DNA of 63,907 nt, the filler included, from Choristocarpus tenellus KU-1152 (lineage: Eukaryota; Protista; Phaeophyceae), in the NCBI GenBank assembly GCA_964200185.2. It is 10 parts of 10 records of this genome, joined end to end, with 100 filler letters (N's around TTAATTAATTAA, not from the genome) between each part and the next. Parts side by side here need not be neighbours in the genome. Positions count along the whole stretch, not along the records: positions 42,120 to 53,977 come from CAXNAD020002098.1; positions 54,078 to 60,772 come from CAXNAD020007550.1; positions 60,873 to 63,907 come from CAXNAD020022786.1; 7 more parts are not named here. One strand, written 5' to 3'. Position 1 is the stretch's first letter, and every line of letters starts with the position of its first letter. Shown piece after piece: positions 49,870 to 63,863 of the stretch. The notes beneath the pieces are model-generated. The model did no database searches. It saw only the letters and a list, made by a program, of their open reading frames with translations, and was not told the origin of the DNA. Position numbers and translations under genes: made by a program.

Positions 49870-52800
49870 ATGTTGGAGGGTGCCTCTCTGGCGGGAGAGA
49901 GGAATCCATATGAAGGCCTTGGAATGGCGGTGAGGGGAAAAGAGTGTGTTGGAGTATTGTTGTCCACAATATGGCTCAGTATCCTGCCCGAAGCCTTCAA
50001 ACCCTTGACTCTCTGGGCTCTATATATCTCTACTTATTCCCCTTGAACTTGCAGGCGATACCGGGCCGGGGGCATGCAAATAGAACTCATGTTAACCTGC
50101 AGGACGCACCAACGGCGTCAAATTACGAAAGACGCGCGAGCGTCAAACTCTCCAAGTCTCAATTGAGGACAGCCATGGCCGACTTTGAGAATCCAGCCTT
50201 GGAGCCCAAGGTATTTATGGTCTAGTCAATTTTCGTACAGTTCGATATCGGGCTAGTGGCACTCTCTGCAGTATCCAGGGGAATATTTTTTCACAATTTC
50301 TTTGTTTTCTTGTGTAGCCTCAAATTATCACACTTTCGCCTCCTATTGGCGTCCAGGTCCAGGCCCGCTTCGACACCCGACCAGGAGAGATTCCACGTCG
50401 AATTCTGATCGAGCGGAAGAAGCGTCTATTCTCTCAACAGAAAATCGAGAACCTCCTGATGGAAAGGGGAATCGACCATACTAAGCCTCTGAAGAGTGCC
50501 CTTGCATACCTTAACGAGAGCATCCCCCCAATTCCTGTGGAGGTGGGAAACAGAGTACAATGAAGGCAGGGGTTGGATAATTTATTTGGGGTTACAATTA
50601 CTTGCAGTTCCTGATTGTGGTGCAATAGCAACAAAGACTGAAACACTAAAGAGTAATTGCACTATTTGGCTTGGGTCTTTTCAAGCTTTTTCACAACACA
50701 TGAGATTCGGTCTGTAGGATCCTGGAGTAAATGATCGTATACAAAATGTATCGACAGAAAAACTCCGAATACTCTTCCCCTTTGTAGTATAACATTGCGA
50801 TGATCTCTCTATTTAAATCGCTAGAGCTGTAGAGGTATTGTTGAACTTAAGAGTACCACCCTTCACTTGATACATTGAAACAATTTATATGATTGGTGGG
50901 TTTACATACAGGCTTTCAACTCCGGGGTACTTGATATAATATTTGCTGAGTCAATCAAAGCGTCTAGGCACCCCAAAGCAAGAGAAAATTGATGAAGTAT
51001 CACAGATTTTCTGGGGAAAAGCTCCTGTCTACAATGAGTACACTCAAGCAAAGGTACACAATTCTATGGCAAGGAAATTAAGCCTTTCATCTTTCTCGTT
51101 CATGACCACCACCATAGGTGTTCGACAATGACGACTTTGAGGTCCGAAGTCCGGATAACTGGTTACGGTTGGGACAAGATTCACAAGGTCAAATGGCTGG
51201 CCTGCCTGCACGAGCCCTCTACATGTTTCCTAGTGGTAGTGGGCAATGGAGGGAATGCAAGGTCAGTAAGGTGACAAAGAGACTATTGCAGACTCTTTGT
51301 CTATTGTATTTGGATATTCATTGTATGAATGCTATCATTACCATCAACACATAGCCTCAACCACAAGATGCACCAGATAATAATGCAGTAGATTATGTAT
51401 AATTTCACCAATAACTACACAAGTGGAAGAGAGGTGCAGGTTATTGTAATATCACATCATGTGTGAAGTTTGCAAGCTTGCTCCTAACCACAAGTGCCTT
51501 CGAACTAGGAAGGATCTCATGCACAGAATATGATATCTACATTTAGTACTCAACTTCTTATACCTTTTCCAACAGAATAAATGGCATCTTAGAACTTTTG
51601 TTCTGTGTCTATCTCACACTCTATAGGAGAGTATAAGGCAGCAGTCAAGAGGAAAAGCATTTAAGGGTTTTGGAGTTTTGCCCTGTTTGTCTGTTTGGGG
51701 CTTGACTTCCCATGGGTTTTTTTGCCCTTTTTCGACTTTCTTTGTGAACACAATTACCTAAAATGTATACGGCTATGAAAGGTGTGTCAGGAGCAAGGGA
51801 TGTTGGCACTTGCTAACAAACGAAATAGCCAAAATTCATCAAAATCGCAACATTGGATTTTGGACCCCGAATGGACACAGCCCTAACCTCTTCTGTTTTG
51901 ACTCCAAGATAATATGAATCTATACGTGGCACACACTATTCCATCCATGTTAAATAGCTTTCATCCTCCTGATCTCTGGAGCGCCTATGCGCCTGACAGG
52001 TAGTGGGATATGATGCATTGACTAGGCTGTGGAAGCTGGAATGGCTTGAGGGCACTCAAAAGGAAAGGGAGACTGAGTGCTCTCTCTCACGCTTGCATAT
52101 TTATCTCAAGGCAGAAGATCCCTTCAATTTTGCCGACAGGGTGGCTGATGCACACTCACGACGAGAGGTATGTAACTTCCCATAAAGAACTTTACAAAGA
52201 ACTATACTCATGAGCCTTTGGATATCCACTGTCTTGGATTCCATCCTCTAATCCTGTGGGTCCTCATACATCCTGAATAGATTCTGCCATTTTTTTTGTT
52301 TGGAATATCGGACGAGTCAAAATATTCAAATTAAATTCCAAGTCTATGACAGCAGTACAAGACAAAGGTGGCATGTGTTTTGTGTGTCAAAGATAGACAA
52401 TAGGTCATGTTTCTCAAATTTATTTAAATATCTACCAACTATGATGCACCACGAGTGTAGGCATGCCTGCACCTACTTAGTAGTACATGGTGTGTGGTAC
52501 ATTGTGTATGGCATCAGCAGTGACATAGAATGTCTATCAAGCCCCTGATTTCGACGAGCACTAAGCTCTCTCAAAAAATTGAAGCAATCCCACATGAGCC
52601 CAGCAACCCACCACCCCACATACAACTGAAGAATCTGAACTGACCACTGGACTGAAAGGTGTCACAATATGCAAACATTTGTATTCCTCCATTTGCAATT
52701 CAGGAGGCAGAGCTGACCATTCTCTATAACTTCTACGTGGACTGTATGCCATCGGAGGACATTTCTGAGGTAATGATTGATTTCTCTCTCAGTGTGTGTG

Positions 52801-53481
52801 TACCAAGCTTCTCCAAGTTAGACAAGCTTTCAGATGTTTATTGAGAAGGTGATGTTAAGGATAATTTTCTTGATCTGTACCTGCCATGGAGGGAAGAGAC
52901 ATTCCTATGTATGATCCTTGTTGAAGAAATGAAGAATTTGTACGATATGGTTGGGGTGGCATCCATTATATGAAAGTTGCACTTTATAGCTCTTGTCCTC
53001 AACACATAGCACATCAATACAAGCAATGGTATAAGAATTTGAAACTCCTGATTTCACTCAAAAGTACGGAAATGTATGACCAAGTATTGGTTTTGACAAG
53101 TTAAACACAATCACAGTGTATACTGAAAATACATCAACTTCAATGGTAGGGATCAACAGCCGGAGAAAAAAGTACAGGTTGCTACATCCTTTCTTGGAAG
53201 CTTTACTATAAGTCACTCCAGAACAGATAGCAACACAATCAGGTATTGATAGGGCACAGTGCTAAGCCCAACTTTCCTTCCACTTCAACACTGCGGTATT
53301 GCCCTTCCGGTTACTGTGTTACCAGCCAGATCACCAGGAGATGAACCGTATCCAAGAGCTGTGCTTGCATTCTAAGACAATGAACGAGTCAATGTTGCTT
53401 TCCAATCATATCATGGAAGAGATTAGCATGGATTATGTCCGATCCATGAACAAGATTGTGCTTGCCTCGCAGGCGAAGAAG
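49870..53481 (+). CDS. DNAH1: Axonemal inner-arm dynein heavy chain, DNAH1-type N-terminus (rest is off the contig)
   Basis: Exons 49870-49929, 50055-50210, 50357-50542, 51118-51261, 52000-52167, 52704-52769, 53326-53481. EPKVQ..F...PGEIPRRILIERKKR, VFDNDDFEVRSPDNWL, AEDPFNFADRV, LYNFYVDCMP and EEISMDYVRSMNKI match the DNAH1 N-terminal tail as I recall it. Confidence 0.88.
51649..51904. mobile_element. MITE family B, diverged copy, TSD CAA
   Basis: Interior matches the other B copies; eroded TIRs gaggaaaagcat.../ttttgactc flanked by caa on both sides. Confidence 0.75.
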
Positions 53482-54634
53482 GTTTGCTGCTGTACACTCG
53501 ACTTTGTACTTGCTGGGGACAATTGGTCTGGGGCAAGTTAGGTGGAACTGAGGAAGGATTGGTGACCAAAACATCACACCAAATTGCGTTTTTTTGTTTG
53601 CTTGAGTCAATGCAAGCAAGAGGTACTCAGGGTTGTATTTTAAAGATGCTGGAAAATACGTACAAAATTCGACTCTTTTTAAAACGAATATGTAGAGGAT
53701 ATTTTCTTAATTTCGTAGGAAAATTTTCAAACAATAGAGAAATGGGTCAAATTATCTGGGGGGGGGAGTGTCGGCGTCCGTTTTTCACCCTTTCTTCGAT
53801 TTTCACTTTTTTGCTGTGATTTGGTCGCATGTGTCGGATTTGAAATGTCAGCAAAAAAAAGAGTTGTTTGACCGAAACGGACACCCCATCACAAACCACC
53901 CCCCCCCCCCCCCCCCCCCCCCCCTCAACCACAACAAAACAACCAAAAAAAAAAAAAAAAAAAAAAAATCAAAAAAANNNNNNNNNNNNNNNNNNNNNNN
54001 NNNNNNNNNNNNNNNNNNNNNTTAATTAATTAANNNNNNNNNNNNNNNNNNNNNNNNNNNNNNNNNNNNNNNNNNNNCAGGACAATTTTGGGTCAAACCC
54101 ATCCTCCATAGTATGCTCCATCCTCAATTTTGGAAAGACGCTGTTTTATGCAGTTACAAGAAACAGTTTTTATTGCCTGTATTAATACTTCAACTAGTGG
54201 TGTTACTAGCTGATCATTCCTACGGTAGGGGAACCAAGAACTGGTTGCTGCGGCGTCATACTCTATTCCTCTATTAGTGTGTACCGCAACCAATATATGA
54301 GCGGTTCTTTATGCAACACAATAGTATGGCGTATGTATCATGTAAGTGGGTAATATTCCCTTCAATGAAGCACATATCAAGTTGTATCCACGTCCCATCT
54401 ATTGCTTGTAATTATAAGTGTTTGAAACAGGGGGACGGTTTCTGCATACGTACAGGATGACTTACACTGTTGGTAGTATATATTATTATTCCCTCAAACA
54501 TTTTGTAGATAGATGTATCGGGGGAAATCAACAAAAACTATTCACACGTCAGAAAAAAAACTAAGAACCAGTTGTCATAAATGTGACAAATGTTCATTTA
54601 CTGCTATTTTACTACCGGATATGGTACATCGTTC

Positions 54635-55297
54635 CCTTCCTATGCCTCAAACCTAGCTTACTGTTCTCCAGGGTGAGGACCCAGTGAAGCATCCCACGAA
54701 TCTAGCAAGCCCTCCTTGCCCATCTCTCTGGTGTCTCCAGTTTAAAGCGGATGACCCGTCTGGATAGGGCTACCTGTGTTGTGACAGAAACTCTATGTAG
54801 CAGGCGATATTTGACTGCCTCCTTCCCGCTATAACCTGCTCTCCCTCTCTCATCCCTACCGCGTGCGTAGCTAGCTCATCCAGAGAACTTCCGCTTGCTT
54901 GCCGAGGCGCCCAAAACTTTCCACCGTGAAGGTGTTGAGGTGTAACTACGCGGATCAAAAGATCTCTCGTAGTGGGTGCGCTTTCTCACCTCAGCTGCAG
55001 CAGCAGCTACACCATTGCTGGTGGATGAGTGGGGAAGGTGGGAGGTTGCCTGCACTTCTGCAAACGTAGCATCTAGGAGGAAGCCTTTGTCTCTGTATGA
55101 GGCTGATCCGACGTCCGCCAGTGCCCCTGCATGGAAGACTAGATTCATGCGGAAATTCCTGTCCACTATGAAAGGGGTACCGCCCTCCATAGTGCAAGGG
55201 ATGCCCATTCCCTTGCATAGTTGACTGAGACGTTTCACCATAGGGATGCGTCGGCGAACCTGGACTCCTGCCCTGGGGCAGGCATGTGCATGTCTGG
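54635..55297 (-). mobile_element. 5'-truncated CRE-like non-LTR retrotransposon (end of CCHC, RLE domain, 3' end)
   Basis: TRHAHACPRAG..RR..MVKRLSQLC..EGGTPF..RMNLVF..LLDATF..AAAAAEVRKRTHY; frameshift near 54945. Confidence 0.78.
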
Positions 55298-55974
55298 TGT
55301 AGTATATGTACAATTGTTTGTACAATTTACGGCAAGTGCATAACGCCATACCGCTCCATCGACTGCCGTTTCCCATGTCGACGGAAAGCAGGAAAATTCC
55401 TAACTAGTGGGTAACCCGGCCCAGAAATGACCCTAGCGTTTGACTGAATATACTGTAGCACTGAAAGAGTTGAACATATGAGTAGGTATCACTAGACTCG
55501 AAATAGTGGATTTTTGAAACTTTCGTCAGAACTACCCCCACTGCCAATCCCTTCTACGTGTAGTCCAATTTATTTTATCAACTTCACGAAAGGAATGGTT
55601 GACCCAGAAAAAGATTTTTTAATGCTTTTAGTAGGTCCCTGACACGAGATTCCTACTTTTTTGTTAGGAATCCTCCCTTACAATATCCACTTGGAAGGCC
55701 CAAGTTCACTCACAGACCCAACAGTGACACATGTACGTTAAGCTCGGTCATTAGATTTTGCACAGGGAGGAACAGATCCTCCCTGGTACGACTCGTCCCT
55801 GCTATTCAGGCACAGTCCCCGTCGCAGTAAACTGTATTCTTGTGAGTGATGGTACACACAACACTAAGTGACAGTTACATGTACAGTTTCGTATAGTTGG
55901 TAAAACAAATATTGATCAAATAATCCTATGGTACACCGTACGATGAGTCAGAAGGATTTATTTCAGAATGAGTA

Positions 55975-56215
55975 GACCACACACACAGTGCGGGAGAGTG
56001 AGGCGGGAGATTATAGCAGGAAGGTGGCTATAAGTCCCACTTACGACATATATAGTGTCCGTCACTCTGCACAAGTGTTTCTCTCGACACTCCCCATGTG
56101 TTTCAACCTAGAGACACCAGGAAAAAAAAAAAAAAAAGGCCGGTCAGATTCTTGGGATGCTTCTCTAGTCCCTCGCCCATCTATGTAGAGCTAAGGTAGG
56201 TTAGGGGCATAGTGG
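55975..56215 (+). mobile_element. Short diverged 3' fragment of the CRE-like element
   Basis: tatagcaggaagg..tagagacaccagg..ggtcagattcttgggatgcttc.ctag..gctaaggtaggttaggggcatag matches the 3' ends of the other copies. Confidence 0.6.
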
Positions 56216-57489
56216 CAGTCTATACATTACGTTGCAATTGCTAACCTTAAAGGGAGCATTGTCATATAGCTAGTATTCAAATGCAAGTAGTAAATAGTTT
56301 TGTAGAGGTATCTTTTTATGCTAACAACTGTTTCTTTTAAAGGGGTCCTTGTGATTTTGGTTTGGGTTTTTCCATGACAAATATGCAAAATGAGTCGGAT
56401 AGAGTAGTGTCATCATGACTCTGCACATTCAGTAGTTGAGAGTATGGCAACAGCTCCATCTTTCGCGAGGTTTCAACATGCCCTGTGCCTTTTCTCTTGT
56501 TACTGTTGGAGCCCAATGACTGCAACCTGGTGAGGTTTCTTCTCTTTCCCCCCAAGCGAAACCCAAACAGTCCCCTCATGTGCCTTCCCACCACCCACGC
56601 ACGATAAAATGTGATGACTTTCTTAAGCTCGCAATATTTTTCACATTAGTCCGAGGGATCACACACCCGTGGTCGAAAGGTAAGTTCGAAGAAGGTAACA
56701 TGCACTGCTTGAGAAATACGAGAAGTACTATAGAAGAATGAAAACAGAGTGAAGAAAAATGGTAGATGAAAGGACCCAATGTATTTTTATGAGGGTAGTC
56801 AAGAGAACCCAGCAGGATGCAACGCACTAACACAAACAAAACTTTAATCATATCAGGTTCATCCAAGCCGAGAAGCACCAATCATCAAATGTCACGCAAA
56901 AAGAACAAGAAGAGGAAAGGGGGAAAAAGGGGTGTAAGAAAAATCACCCCAAAATGAGAGATAAAATGAGGAAACAGCATTAAGGAGAAAATGGTGGTGG
57001 TGATAATTGCTTGGGCTGCCTTAGCTGCTGCTTTAGCATGACGTACATCCGCCATAACAGCTTCCTTAGAATGCCACTCTGCATTGAACCTTATTGTGCC
57101 GCAGATCACACTCATACCACCTATCTTTGTGCTTCACCCCTCAACTAACTGTGATCCAAACTTCTTGAGGTCATCCTGTGGGCACACCCACCAGTTCTTC
57201 TCCTGTGCCCCATAATATCCTAGAGGGAAGTATTAATCAAAGTGATCTATTCGGTGCCTGGTGAGGTGTTGAAAGATACCCCAGTTTGATGTCCGTTTTG
57301 TTTGTGATTTTTGTTCGGATTTGGTCTATGCAAGGGGATGTAAAAGGAAGGTACGTTCAAATGAAGGCAATTGCCCTTACATCAGACGCCTTCACTAGTA
57401 TGACATGAAATCACCACAAGGTTAACACATGCCCGAATGGATGCCTGAATCCCCTCTACGATACTATCGGCCTCTCTACCTTGTTTCCG

Positions 57490-59390
57490 TTTTCAATCTG
57501 CAAGCTCCGTAAACATAAACACTTTGGGAAGTCGCTCATCCCCCATCCGTGGAATTGACCATGTGATAGAAATCTCCGTTTGCGCGCAGTCCCCTCGATA
57601 CTCTGACATCCATTCTTCACAAGGACAACTTTGTAGGATAGTGCATGATCAATGCTTTCCGTTTGTTAATCCGATCCAACCTAGGGGGGATTGGTGGTGA
57701 TGGGACCAAAGCTTCATATGATGGAGCGTACATGCCGTACGACCATATATCAGAACCTCAAGTACTTAAGCCTTGGTCATTCGGATCTTCAGCTGGAGTG
57801 ATACTCCTTAGGTTCTTGTCATAGAGCACTTGGGTATATTTGCGGAAACAAATCCAGGCTCTTTGTATGTATCCTTCGGCTGATCTCAGTAATCATAATA
57901 CCTTTATCGCTGATAATGCCTCCAAGTTTAACAAACTTGTCGGTCTGCTTGTAATTTTTGCCCAGTGCCCGAATCTGCATAATGTCTACCGCCTTATTAA
58001 GAGGTCCAACGCATATGGTCTTGGTCCTCAGCTAAGTGGCAAAGTCAGGTACAATGACGTTGCCACCTTCGTTATCACCACCATCATCCTGACCAAACCC
58101 CCTTGAGTCTTACACACCTTGCACTCATTACCCGCATCGTCAATACCCCTGAGGATCCGCTCAGGTATTATTATTCCACTCCCTGCTAACGCCTCCTCCC
58201 TGATCTAGTTGTTTGTGGCTACTCTCTCCATGACAAAGAGATCCTTGGAGATGGATGAGTCAGAGGTGAACTCCTTAACTGCTACACTTAGCACTGCAGT
58301 GAAGAATATGATGAAGAGACTGTGAGCGATAACACCCCCTTGCCGACGGCCCTGTCCAACCTCAAGTCAGTCTGTACACTCTCCATCATCCATGCGAACA
58401 TTTTCCTCCATTCCATCATAGAATCGGTGGATAACTGAAATCATCTTCTCAGGCATTCTAAATTTGACAAGTCCACAGGATATGGCAGTCAAACGAAGGA
58501 TATGCTCTCTGTAAGTCAATGAAAAACACGTGAAGGGATTACTACGGCTCTCCAGGTACATGTTCCTCCCAGCCAACCACTTGGAGGGCAAATGCATTGT
58601 GTACATATATATGTATGTATATCTACTGTGGAGTGCTATTGGTTGAAACACACTGTTTCACATGGATGGTATGCTCTCCCGTTCCAGGTAATCTTGAAGC
58701 CACTGTGCAACAACCTTCAGAAAGAAGCGGTTTTGAGTCATAGTAAACGAGAGGTACTCAAGTTTTATCCCTTTTACAATTCACCCGTATTTCTATGGAT
58801 GAAGTTCTAAGTTTGACTTCGAGAGTTTTTATTTCTCTATTGTTTGAAAATTTTCTGAGGTCTAAAGAAAATCTCCTACACACAATATAAAAACCCAATC
58901 TTGGACATGCTTGTCCCCATCCTTGAAATGCAACTCTGTCTGGATACCTCTCATTTTATTTTGGCCCTTTATAGGCGTGTGCCACCAATGATATGCTCCT
59001 GTACTTACCGCAATCTATCCAATCATTTTTCTAGTGATGAATTATGATGATCGTGTACTTCTCAGCCTGGTGCCCAATTGTTTGGTCCCACACAGCCAAC
59101 ACAATGTTCTCGAGGACTGGAGGATAGCATCGTCCACCTTTGGGCCAAGCTTCAGGATCTCGGCTGGAAGGTTGTCTGGATCTCTGACCTTTCCCATTCT
59201 TGTTGTCCTGATTGCGTTAGCCATTACTTCCACCAGTGTTGGTGCATCAGCGAGTATCATGCATGTGGATGGTTGGTCGAGGGGTTCAGTACTATGAGGG
59301 TTTAAGCTGACCGACTTGTAATTGAGGAGCATTTTAAAGTATATTATCCACTCTTCCATGAGGAATGCTTGCTTTCTCAGCAACGTTTCG
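57490..59390 (-). pseudogene. Decayed RTE-like LINE reverse transcriptase
   Basis: PTLVEV..AI....GK..PDNLPAEILK; KFRMPEKMISVIHRFYDGM..VRMDDGE..EVGQGRRQGGVIA..LF; ..DDAG; KFVKLGG. Many stops and frameshifts, and an interruption at about 58560-58940. Confidence 0.8.
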
Positions 59391-59456
59391 GATTTGTTGC
59401 AGATGTCTTCGAAGGCCCCCTGGTTCTCTCTTCCTTGGACCCTATCAGGTAGCGGT

Positions 59457-59638
59457 GGGTCAAAGTATCTGGGGGAGGGGGGGAAGTCTACACCTGGGTG
59501 TCCACTCGGGCCCTGACCAGGAAAAGTGCACTTAAATTATCCATCCGACGCGCATGCAACCAAATCGCCCAAAAATCGCAACATGGAAAAATGGGGTCAA
59601 ACTGGACAGCCGCCACCCTCCCCCAGATACTTTGAGCA
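59457..59638. mobile_element. MITE family A, full length
   Basis: gggtcaaagtatctggggga...tcccccagatactttgagca. Confidence 0.85.
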
Positions 59639-60996
59639 TGGTAGAAACCACCTTGGTCCCCACAAAGGATAAATTGTCTATATTTCTCCTGTAGGTGTCA
59701 ACCCTCTTTAAGGTAGATGCCCTCGCCCATTTGAGCGGCTTGCCAGCTTTCTTCGAAGCCTTCTTGAAGACGGTGTTTGGAAGTATGTCGACATTTTTAT
59801 TTCCATGCCCTTTCTTGCTCTCCAGGAAAAGCTCGAGCTTCGATCACTGGCACACCACCCACCCTGCAAAACCTTTTGTGTTGGAGGTGGCAGTACTGAT
59901 ACAGGGAGCAACTCCTATACAGCGGTTTCTATAGACATCTATTTGATCTTGTACCACTCACTGTGTAACGTTAGTTCTGTTAAACTGTCTGGCTCTTTAT
60001 TCTTACTTCTCATCTTTTTATTATGTTTGCCCTAGAGCAGATAGTGTCCACAGTGATTCAAGATAATCCAAGTTTATGGTTGAGAAGTTGTAAGGCTAAT
60101 CTTCGAGTCATCTTATTCTCGTGCGTCTCTTCAGCCACCTTCACCCATATGAGGTGCTTTGAAGAAGGTATGTAAAAGGACTCGCTAGGACTTGGTTTGC
60201 AGCAGTACTTCTGACGCAGGTTCCGCATCAAATAGTATGTATTATGTATGAGGCTGCCATATTTTCTTATGTTTTTTGTGCTTGGTTTGTCACGTACGCC
60301 ATCTGAATCTTCTTGTAATATAACCAATAAAAGTGTACATTCCCTCGGTTACACCAACACTATCACACCAATGGTAATACTATATTTGAGGAATATGATG
60401 TTGGTGTTGGAACGTCCAGTTCACCTCCAGATCGTGACAATGTCCAATTCAATAAAGAGGTACATAGCCTCCATCCCATCCAGATCTCAACATTAAACTT
60501 GCCATGTGTGAATTTCTCTCATAGCCTTCCAAGCCATCATCCACCCTCCAGCATAATCAAAATCGTGATGAATGCCTGCATTGTGATGTGGGCACCTTGA
60601 TGATTGATTATTGTACACCAGTAGTACCTTTTTCTCTTTAGTGTGATGCTGTGGGATGGATAAACCCTCTTGTCAGCGGTTCCTAAACCTTCAATAATAG
60701 CTGTGTTGGGGAGGCGTTGAAGATGAAAATGTTACAGGCGCCCCCGAAAGCTTACCTCCACAGGATGTATAGNNNNNNNNNNNNNNNNNNNNNNNNNNNN
60801 NNNNNNNNNNNNNNNNTTAATTAATTAANNNNNNNNNNNNNNNNNNNNNNNNNNNNNNNNNNNNNNNNNNNNGTTTTCGCAAAACAACCATCCTCATAGT
60901 CCCGCTCCATCCTCAATTTTGCGAATCCCCTGTTAACTGTACAAAATAACATCTTTTTGACGATTCTCAGGATCCTCAAAATGTCAACCTACCTAC

Positions 60997-62970
60997 CTCT
61001 AGGTTGATTTGGCTCATGTCCTTCGCCGATTTCATCTGTTGTCCAGCAAACATTGGGGGACATGTGCTTCGTAATATCCGTTTGCCCTGAACGATGCTTG
61101 AGGTCATTTTGTCTGCAATGTTATTCAGCGAGTGGTAGAGTTCACTGACCTGCGACGTCTCTTTTTCAGCGAATGCTTTTTACTCTTCTTGGATCCATTA
61201 TTTGTTCTAATATAACACTGAGTGTCCTGGAAGTATTTTGTCACGCACGTATAATGCTTTTTTTGTAGTAATGTGTTATAAACACAATTCTAAGGGATTT
61301 GTGTTACGCGAGTGTCATGGGTGTATTGTACCTTGTATTCGTTGTTCCATGTTGTCAAAGACAAATATAGGGGGTAATTTAGACCCGTAGCATGGTATGA
61401 TACGGATGTCCAAGAAAAGGGAATTCACTGTATTTCAGAAGCAATGTCAGCAACGAACTTCTTGCCATCCTGCTGATCCACAGCAAGGAGATGGAGCATT
61501 TCCCCGAGTAGTCCATGGCACACACTATTATGCACATAAAGCAACGAAAAGGGTGTACTGTACTGGGTAAGAAAAACGACTTGGAATGCAAAAGGGTCCA
61601 AACCTGTCTATCTCTCCATTGATTGGTTTGGCTCACGCCAAACAACACACACACCAAGATTTGGAAAAAGTTTTCGCCTGAGCGGAAGAGGCGGGGAGAT
61701 AATAGACGAGACAGTGAAAAAAAAGTGATTACCACCCATTCTGTTTGTTGTGCATAGTGCTCCTATTGTAAGATTAGGTGGCTGTCTATGCGGATAATGT
61801 TCGAAGATAGATCTTGCCGTCCTCAATTATTTGTGCGCTAGATGCAGAAGGGGGGGGGTCTGATCATGGACACCTAATCAATGCTAGAAGTCTCGCCCAT
61901 CACAATTATACCTCTCCGTTCTAAATCTCTGAACTAACCTCTATCAATATACTTTCCTGACCATTATGGTAGAATACATTTTTCCCCTTCATTATGCCCA
62001 TGTAGTGGTGTAGTAGTACATACACTATGAACTATCATTTGTTCATGAAAACACAACATGCATACGACCATCCATCCAAAGTCCAATGTGATAACATTTT
62101 CTTACAGGTTCAGTGAGGAGGTGGAAGGAAGTTGAAGGTTGGACAAATGACGCGTGCCAGATTACATAATCCATGAGCTGTTGAGGTCAACGTGTCAACC
62201 AGAACGGCGTGGCAGTAGTCCACATGTGAGGACGGGCAGACTTAATCGCGCTTGTTTTTGTCTTCTTGGTATACCCAATTTTTCCTGTACAGCATCCTGG
62301 ATTCGGGGTACATCAACTTAACCTTGTAGTTTCGAAGCGAAGATTCTAACTTGTCTACCAAAGTTCTGGAATAGATGGATCAGTGCCTCCATCTATTGCC
62401 TACAAGACTTAGAGGACACTTGTCCCTTACGCATTCAAGGTCGCAACCATAATCTTTGACGTTTTTGGTTGTAGTTGCTTTTCACTAGAACACGTAATGC
62501 ACCAAGCTAACCGGTGTTGAAACCTGATGTGGAAAGAGGTCCAGCCTTCAATATCTCAATATCTTATTAACTGGTGTCATCTCATTAATGTGTACAATTT
62601 CTCTCTGCACATCATGATATCCTTGTGTGACCATAGTAGGTGAATACCTACTTCTCAAAAGTTCCAACAATGTCAGTCATGTACTCTACAAGAACGGCAG
62701 CCCCTTGTGGATTTTTGTGTGACCAATGCCACGAAGATGGAAGATGTCGTGTCGTAGGTTGTAATCTTCTTGTACTTGATCGGTCCATCCTCGTATACCA
62801 TGGCTTACCCCTCGACAACTGAGTCTGCGTATGCTGCACTCCTCTTTGAATTTAGTGAAATTGGTCATGCATCGTGTGCCAAGCTGTTGGAAATATCTTT
62901 GGTGGAAACAATTGAGGGGAAGAAGTATGCTCATGGAGGTAAATTCGAGGCATGCTGTCCTCATCCCTGC
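60997..62970 (-). CDS. Possible exons of an unidentified gene divergent from the Lon-N gene
   Basis: AG/GT-bounded open segments such as about 61525-61429 (VCHGLLGEMLHLLAVDQQDGKKFVADIASEI) and 61112-60997; no domain recognised. Confidence 0.25.
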
Positions 62971-63093
62971 CTGAAATTAAGAGGCTGAAAAGAGCCAATA
63001 TCTCAGACATCTTATGCACCTCACCGCACCACTACTGTTTGTATGTTATCCAGCAGCGATAGGAGTTTCTAGTCTGCAGAGGATATAGCGATA

Positions 63094-63863
63094 ATGATGC
63101 TCGGCCGCTGTGGTCGCCCCCTGGCATCAGCCCAAGCGATGGGCTTCGCCTGGGCCGTTAAGGCGACAACGATCGCATGCCTCTTACACGAGGCCACAGC
63201 TTTCCGACCGATATCGAGAATCGTACCTCGATGGGGCTGGGGAGATTCGAGGCGGTCTTCAAGTACTACAGTGCATTCAGAAGACCTCTTGCAGCGCGAG
63301 GGGCATAGTTATTCCACCAGAACCAAGGTGAACTGCAATCCACCTCATCCCCACACAGCCCCTCTCTTGTTCTCGACATCTCTTTCGTCGTATGTAGAGC
63401 ATATGGTCGACTTTGGGTTTGTAGATGGGAACAGTTGTGCCTAGAATATTGAGGTATTGGCCGTAGTAAGGTGCTGATATCTTGTGCTGCAATGTTAAGT
63501 GTTTTTGTTGAAGGGTGCTGCTGTGATGGTTGGTGTACGGACACATGAAAGATATACAGTTACGTGGCAGTAGCAAAGCGGTTTGACCCAAACCAGATCG
63601 AGTCTCGACCTATATTTTCCATTGATGATACATGCTCGCAGACACTTTTTTCTCCTCTCTTTGCATGGCGATGATGACTGTGTTATCCTCTTTCCCACCT
63701 ATGTCCCCCCTTCCCCTGGGATGCAATTCATGTCCAGCTGAAAATGGGTTTGGAAGAGTGGCAGGCGAAGCAACCTGGCACAGATCGTCAACTGGGTTTC
63801 CTGCCATTTCCTGTTGATGATGTGATGTGCCCTGGGGAGACGAAGGCACTCCATCTGTATGAG
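63094..63863 (+). CDS. Plastid-targeted Lon protease N-terminal (substrate-binding) domain protein, first 2 exons
   Basis: Exon 63094-63327 has a hydrophobic stretch then ATA|F and an R/S-rich transit-like region; exon 63738-63863 LGFLPFPVDDVMCPGETKALHLYE fits the LON-N start motif LP.F....+.PGE...LH+YE. Confidence 0.75.

Noticed and set aside
56340-57330. Possible hAT transposase relic (TSNWGIFQHL..H; CCHTLN on the minus strand)
   Set aside because: Only two short motif-like matches among many stops, and no TIRs found; insufficient without a profile search.
59640-60720. Short ORFs as a novel gene or transposase
   Set aside because: The frames are fragmented, lack recognisable motifs and lie among TE debris.
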